This document shows, piece by piece, positions 59,105 through 64,000 of a DNA stretch of 64,000 nt. Positions within the stretch are counted from its first letter, which is position 1. Every line of letters begins with the position of its first letter. Source of the DNA: an uncultured Pseudomonadales bacterium (GTDB lineage Bacteria > Patescibacteriota > Microgenomatia > UBA1400 > RBG-16-45-19); contig CAYYKL010000001.1 of assembly GCA_964441155.1 (NCBI GenBank), positions 88,393 through 152,392 of the forward strand, given 5' to 3'. The notes below the pieces were generated by a model that was not told the origin of the DNA, did not search any database, and saw only the letters and a program-made list of their open reading frames with translations. A program made the translations under genes and the position numbers.

Positions 59105-59737
59105 ATGAATTGCTATCTCAACAATTCCGCATTACGATTAATCAGCATGAAAACGAAACTATTTATAATCGCATTTTTACTAATTGGTGCTTATTTGAGT
59201 CTTCTTGCAAAACAGGTTTTTACTTCTATAAACACCTTATGCTCGCTAAACTCCTATGTACGAACCCATAATAAAATAGATGCAAAGTGGTTTTGGGAAT
59301 GGCGAGACAAAAATTATGGCTTTTATACCTTTGACAATAACGTGGTGTCGCCGGGAATGACGCATCGATTTAATTCTAATAATTCTGAAGCTTTTTTATT
59401 GGAGGCGTATACTGCGCCAAATATAAGAAGCGTTGATTATGTTGCTATTCCTAATATTACACCCAGCTCACTTTCCACAATTAAAGCACTATCTGCTCAA
59501 GAAAATAAGAATATCCCTATTAAAACTGAGTCTAATTATTCACTAAGCAAGCTCGTCGATTCAAATGTGATTCAACTAGAAACATCGTTTACAACGGAAG
59601 AATTGATGCATACAAATGGCTTATTTGATTTTTTACCCGAAGAACGTGAGCAACTCAAAGAAAAAGTGTGGAAGTCAGTCAACCTCATAAAATTTTCGCC
59701 CTGGGCAAGACATATGTGCCATCAACCTTTATTTTGA
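59105..59737 (+). CDS. Small signal-anchored protein, paralog of 54974..55636 (unknown family)
   Basis: 210 aa with one N-terminal TM helix (LFIIAFLLIGAYLSLLA) and AKWFWEWRDKNYGFYTFD. It is divergent from 57344..59095. Confidence 0.35.
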   Translation: MNCYLNNSALRLISMKTKLFIIAFLLIGAYLSLLAKQVFTSINTLCSLNSYVRTHNKIDAKWFWEWRDKNYGFYTFDNNVVSPGMTHRFNSNNSEAFLLEAYTAPNIRSVDYVAIPNITPSSLSTIKALSAQENKNIPIKTESNYSLSKLVDSNVIQLETSFTTEELMHTNGLFDFLPEEREQLKEKVWKSVNLIKFSPWARHMCHQPLF

Positions 59738-59772
59738 CAACGTGGATTGGCATTGCTGAAAATTTATCAGCT

Positions 59773-61221
59773 TCATTTTTGAAACCAGAACACTTTCCAT
59801 TGAGTTCTGTCTACAGGAAATGCAGCCTTTAGTGAAACCTGTTCAAAAAAATTCATTGCAACTGAATTATCATTTCTTAAGTCAAGCTCATCTCCAGTCG
59901 TTACAACATACAAACGGCTTGATGTGTCGTATTCAGACGCTTGCTTTAGTCCTATGCCATGCATGCCTAAAACATGGCGATACAATTCACCCATGGGGGC
60001 TTTGTCTGGAGAAACATGGACTGCGATATTGACATCGATTGTTGGATCAGTGTCTTGAATGTCTCGAATTATTTTTACTACTCCATCTACGACAGCAGGG
60101 CTAGGATGCACCCGAGTTTGAAACATTAATTCAGGAAGCTTGCTAACTGATGTAATCGACATAAATGAAATAATCACAAGAACCATAGACTGACTGAATC
60201 TATTAGTTCGTTTGGCAATCAACCACATGAAAAAAAACGGTAAAGCAGGCAAAAAATAGCGAGTAGCTATATTGTCAATAAAAACCATCATGCTTAGCTG
60301 AGCTAGGACAGGTGCGAACCATTTCAATGCTCTACGGTTGTATTTAAGGTCGAAAATTATCAGCATTGATACGAACAATACAAAAAGAAAACTTAATCTA
60401 GTGTTGGAGACTAAGTACGAAAAGGTTTCGTAAGTAACAGCAAGAAATCTTGTGAACAAGTGATCCAATTCTCCACTGACAACATTTGGAGCATCACCTG
60501 AAACGAAATATTTTCCAAAGAATAATCCAGGTGGATGTCGTAAATCAAACAGGACAAACGGTGATAATGCGATAGCTAAACCGAGGATTATAGCCATGAG
60601 ACTAATTAATTGCTGTTTCTTATTTTTCTTTGAAAAGATCACACTGACACACTCAACAACGAAAAAAGCCACAATAGCAACAATGGCTATATAGTGATGA
60701 TGCACCGATAAACCCAAGGATATGCCCGCAAAAAACTTAAACAGTGGTTTTTGTTTTAAAAGCAAAAGAAGAGCAGCGAAAATCCAAAGCGGCATGAAGT
60801 GAGGGTTCCATGCCCACCGCCCAGTTTCAACAAGCGGATACCAAACAATAGCTAAGAGACCGACTGGGATCACCAAGGATTTGTTTGTTTTATACGTTAT
60901 GAAAATAATAATTAATGAAGTAATCACACTCCAAAATGCTGTCCCCACTGCTGGACTGGCAGCGGAATAATTAAGTGCCATAACAAAAGGAAGCTGCAAG
61001 TAATAGGTAAGTGATCCAAAAACTTTTGTGTTGTCGTTGGAAATAGGGCCAATCAAGGTGAGTTTAAAATTATGTCCCAGTTGATAGAGACGTGCTAAAT
61101 CCGATGCCTCATCATTGGTAAATCGAGCGGTTTCAGCTAAATTAAAAAATCGAGTGAACAACAAAGCTATAAAAAGGAGAGCAAATATAATGAGGTGCAG
61201 CGACAGTTTTTTTATTATCAT
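59773..61221 (-). CDS. Polytopic GT-C-like membrane glycosyltransferase
   Basis: 482 aa. The loop FNLAETARFTNDEASDLARLYQLGHNFKLTLIGPISND is paralogous to 47891..49690. Confidence 0.4.
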   Translation of the reverse strand: MIIKKLSLHLIIFALLFIALLFTRFFNLAETARFTNDEASDLARLYQLGHNFKLTLIGPISNDNTKVFGSLTYYLQLPFVMALNYSAASPAVGTAFWSVITSLIIIFITYKTNKSLVIPVGLLAIVWYPLVETGRWAWNPHFMPLWIFAALLLLLKQKPLFKFFAGISLGLSVHHHYIAIVAIVAFFVVECVSVIFSKKNKKQQLISLMAIILGLAIALSPFVLFDLRHPPGLFFGKYFVSGDAPNVVSGELDHLFTRFLAVTYETFSYLVSNTRLSFLFVLFVSMLIIFDLKYNRRALKWFAPVLAQLSMMVFIDNIATRYFLPALPFFFMWLIAKRTNRFSQSMVLVIISFMSITSVSKLPELMFQTRVHPSPAVVDGVVKIIRDIQDTDPTIDVNIAVHVSPDKAPMGELYRHVLGMHGIGLKQASEYDTSSRLYVVTTGDELDLRNDNSVAMNFFEQVSLKAAFPVDRTQWKVFWFQK

Positions 61222-61267
61222 GCTATTTATAATTCTCTTGTAAATTGATTTTTAACGCACATATTCT

Positions 61268-63184
61268 TTATTTTCTTTTATAAATGATTGCATCACCTGA
61301 ACTGGTTACAACCTCAAAATATTCAGCGAAGTTATTACTATTTTCTTCTTGAGTAAATTTTTCAGGAATGTATAAATACATTATATGGTGAATTTTCATT
61401 AATTCATCAATCTCCTTAGCAGACATATTAACATCGAATGATTTTTCAACTATATTCTTTGCATTTACGCTATATATCTGGAGTAAGTCAGCTTGAGTTT
61501 GGTTACAATAGAAGCATGGTTTCCCACTCAGTGCAGGAATGATAGCCTTGTCCTCGTAAGGTGCTAATACCGATCCTGGATCTTGTTGCTTTAATTGCTC
61601 TAAAACGAGTAAGTTGGATTTGGATATAGCATATGCATTGGTCGTCCTCGATGAAATTTGATTTGCAATGGTGAAGATTGATGTGGGGAAAGCAAGGAAA
61701 CCAACTATTAACGCTAAAAGCACTTCCCGCCTCCCAATTTGAGTAAAAGCCACAATCACAAGCGGAGTTAAAAGCACATACGCATAATAACCAAATTGAA
61801 TGGTATTCCACTCGACACCAGACTGAGAGAAGAGTAGCGGAAAAAGTAGTGCGGCTAGAATCAAAACAATAAACTGATTTTTTTCAGGATTATTAATCCT
61901 ATGAAGACCATAAAATCCAATCAACCGACTTCCCATATTGCCGAGTATAAAGACAATTATTCCTGCAGCCCACAGAGCCGTTAGCCCGAGGTAATTGGAT
62001 TGTGCTTCGTAGCTTAGTCGCCTTAACTCCCAGCGTGGCAGATTAATGCGATCAGAGGCTTCAAACATAGTTTTTACAAACCATCCAGGATTCCACTCTA
62101 GCCCCGCCGATTGAGGCGACCCCAAAGTGGAACGAGCGACAACAAGAAATGATGCGATGCATACAAACAAAAATATCATCGCGAACATGATTAATCGTTT
62201 TGTTAGAAGCCATGCACCCATGTAAACTCCACCCAGAAGAAGTAACACACCGCCATAAGCTTTAATTCCCAAATGACTTCCAATCATGAACCCAATAAGT
62301 GCAACATTTAGCCTCTCAGGCTTTCGATAAACCAAAATACTTAAGTTCAGTGTTAATATGAAAAGTGAAAATGACACTCCAAGTGGCAAGTTCACCCAGG
62401 TAGATATGTTTTGATGCATCCAAAATGCACTCTCATTTACTGATTGTTGAAGGCCAATTAGTGGCAATATATATGCCAAGCTCCCTCCACCAATCAACAG
62501 CATTCCCGAGAAAATTTCTAACAAGAACTTTTTCTTCTGATTCAGCACATATTTTGACGGCAAGAGTGAAAAAGATAATTTTTTAATCCCATACAATGCC
62601 AATAACCCGAATAGAAATGGATATACCCTAAATACTAAGTCCTGGGATTTAATTCCAAATAGTCTCACGAACTCAGAACCGGATAAATCGACTAAATAGT
62701 GATAGCCTTCAAGACTGAATTGTGCAAATGTAGGCATTACTCTGTCTGAAGCTGATGCTAATGTTTCCATTAAGGCCATATGCCACACACCATCATGGGC
62801 GTTGACCCCATGAAAAATCATTTCTCCGTCTTTTATCCAGCCGGATAAAAACACCGGCATAGTCCAAATAAAAGCAAACATAAGCTTGAGTAATAATCGA
62901 GCTAGCACCGATCTACTGAATAGCATCAGAATCGAACCTAAACTCATGCTTCGAGCCGAAATTATGCCAATGATAAATATCGCAAAATTAATCAGGGTAT
63001 TTAAGGTATGGCTTGGGGATACAAACAATAATAAAACCCAAATCACATATCCCACTCCGAAGCCATAAAATAATTGCTCACTAGGACTATTGGTAATGTG
63101 CCGCGTAAAAAATTTTCCAAATAATGCCAGTGTCAGGAACCAAAAAAATACCTGAAATAACGGTGCAATAAATTGAATAAACAT
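61268..63184 (-). CDS. Large polytopic membrane protein with C-terminal soluble domain (possible GT-C)
   Basis: 638 aa with at least 12 TM helices, a WIKDGEMIFHGVNAHDGVWHMAL loop, and a soluble C-terminus of about 130 aa. Family not recognised. Confidence 0.35.
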   Translation of the reverse strand: MFIQFIAPLFQVFFWFLTLALFGKFFTRHITNSPSEQLFYGFGVGYVIWVLLLFVSPSHTLNTLINFAIFIIGIISARSMSLGSILMLFSRSVLARLLLKLMFAFIWTMPVFLSGWIKDGEMIFHGVNAHDGVWHMALMETLASASDRVMPTFAQFSLEGYHYLVDLSGSEFVRLFGIKSQDLVFRVYPFLFGLLALYGIKKLSFSLLPSKYVLNQKKKFLLEIFSGMLLIGGGSLAYILPLIGLQQSVNESAFWMHQNISTWVNLPLGVSFSLFILTLNLSILVYRKPERLNVALIGFMIGSHLGIKAYGGVLLLLGGVYMGAWLLTKRLIMFAMIFLFVCIASFLVVARSTLGSPQSAGLEWNPGWFVKTMFEASDRINLPRWELRRLSYEAQSNYLGLTALWAAGIIVFILGNMGSRLIGFYGLHRINNPEKNQFIVLILAALLFPLLFSQSGVEWNTIQFGYYAYVLLTPLVIVAFTQIGRREVLLALIVGFLAFPTSIFTIANQISSRTTNAYAISKSNLLVLEQLKQQDPGSVLAPYEDKAIIPALSGKPCFYCNQTQADLLQIYSVNAKNIVEKSFDVNMSAKEIDELMKIHHIMYLYIPEKFTQEENSNNFAEYFEVVTSSGDAIIYKRK

Positions 63185-63251
63185 GTGTAATTCTCGCTTG
63201 CGATATTAAGTGACAAAATAAACGAGTGTAATTATGAGTATACTTTAAGTT

Positions 63252-64000
63252 ATGCGCGCACTACATTGGTCACTTGTATCGACTTTATTTTGTTTCATAT
63301 TATTGCTTCCTGACGCAGCCGGAGCAAAAAATACACCCATCGCAACACAAAACTATCCAAAATACATTTTATTTGTTAATCAAGTGCGCGGTGAAGAATG
63401 CTGTGATCCCGGCAATATCGACTCACTTAATCAACAACTTGAAGTTTTTGCAGCACACAAGCTATCTGCTACTTTTGCCCTTCGCTATGATGCCTTGAAC
63501 CAAAAATTTGTAAATCCAATAGTAGACTCGAAACAAAATCATGAAGTTGCTGCATTTTTGGAAATCACCCCTTCTCTCGCTATGGATGCCGGTGTCGCCT
63601 ATTACGGCAACGCTGATAGTTGGTATAGAGCAAAGCATAGTTATCTAGTCGGATACACGCCAGAGGATAGAATCAAACTGATTGATGCTTATATGTCTCG
63701 ATTCAAGTCTTTGCTCGATTCTTATCCCAAAACCACTGTTGCGTGGATGATTGATCCCGTGTCTTTAGCCTACTTGTCTGAAACATATGGGGTAACCGCA
63801 CATGAGATTACTCGAGAACAATGGGGTACTGATAGTTACACGCTCCATGGTGGACCGCCCCATTATCCTTATTTCCCCTCACCAAATTGGACCCTTGTCC
63901 CGAGTGACCAAGCAAATAGCATGCCTCTAATTTTTCGCCAAACGGTTAGTGATCCCTTAAAAAATTATGGTGATTTCACTTCGGCTTTCACCAGTCAGCC
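63252..64000 (+). CDS. Secreted hypothetical protein (partial; continues beyond window end)
   Basis: My own translation from the ATG at 63252 gives MRALHWSLVSTLFCFILLLPDAAGAKNTPIATQNY... with an N-terminal signal peptide. The frame is open for 249 codons to the window edge. It is not in the ORF track because no stop falls in the window, and the track's 63274..63498 ORF is another frame. Confidence 0.4.
   Translation, partial: MRALHWSLVSTLFCFILLLPDAAGAKNTPIATQNYPKYILFVNQVRGEECCDPGNIDSLNQQLEVFAAHKLSATFALRYDALNQKFVNPIVDSKQNHEVAAFLEITPSLAMDAGVAYYGNADSWYRAKHSYLVGYTPEDRIKLIDAYMSRFKSLLDSYPKTTVAWMIDPVSLAYLSETYGVTAHEITREQWGTDSYTLHGGPPHYPYFPSPNWTLVPSDQANSMPLIFRQTVSDPLKNYGDFTSAFTSQ

Noticed and set aside
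63274-63498. Track ORF 63274..63498 (74 aa)
   Set aside because: It is in a different frame from the long signal-peptide ORF starting at 63252, which stays open for 249 codons to the window edge.
1-64000. Mobile elements, CRISPR arrays, tRNA or rRNA
   Set aside because: No transposase, integrase or recombinase motifs were found, and no repeat-spacer periodicity. The few intergenic gaps contain no tRNA-like GTTCRANYC-type T-loop. Nothing supports such a call.

Overview
This 64-kb window is almost entirely coding, with about 58 genes. It is AT-rich by eye, bacterial in gene content, and has weak or no Shine-Dalgarno signals and many 4-bp ATGA start/stop overlaps. I found no rRNA, tRNA, CRISPR array, transposase or integrase.

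The whole window is one very large cell-surface glycan biosynthesis and export island.

- **Nucleotide-sugar enzymes:** UDP-glucuronate decarboxylase and UDP-glucuronate 4-epimerase in tandem, a short UDP-sugar-dehydrogenase-like protein, two GDP-L-fucose-synthase-like paralogs, one further SDR epimerase/dehydratase, and a split transketolase (N- and C-terminal subunits).
- **Export routes:** a Wzx-type flippase and a Wzm/Wzt ABC transporter.
- **Soluble glycosyltransferases:** at least 12 GT4 and at least 6 GT2 genes, plus a GT10 alpha-1,3-fucosyltransferase and a GT11 alpha-1,2-fucosyltransferase.
- **Tailoring enzymes:** six SAM-dependent methyltransferases (one FkbM-type), a hexapeptide-repeat acetyltransferase, and an AsnB-type amidotransferase.
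- **Membrane glycosyltransferases:** 16 large polytopic GT-C-like proteins (ArnT/PMT_2-like, PDExxH-type, and a YfhO/PTPS-related-like family with a conserved C-terminal YFPGW domain). Two of these are each paired with a paralogous small signal-anchored protein.
- **Other:** a HepT/MntA toxin-antitoxin pair sits inside the sugar-nucleotide operon, and an intact 54-aa Trm112/UPF0434-like gene (absent from the ORF track) lies between GT4 genes.

The best candidates for something undescribed are the expanded GT-C array with its paired small anchored proteins, and a Lewis-antigen-type double fucosylation module. All family assignments rest on motif recognition by eye, since no searches could be run.
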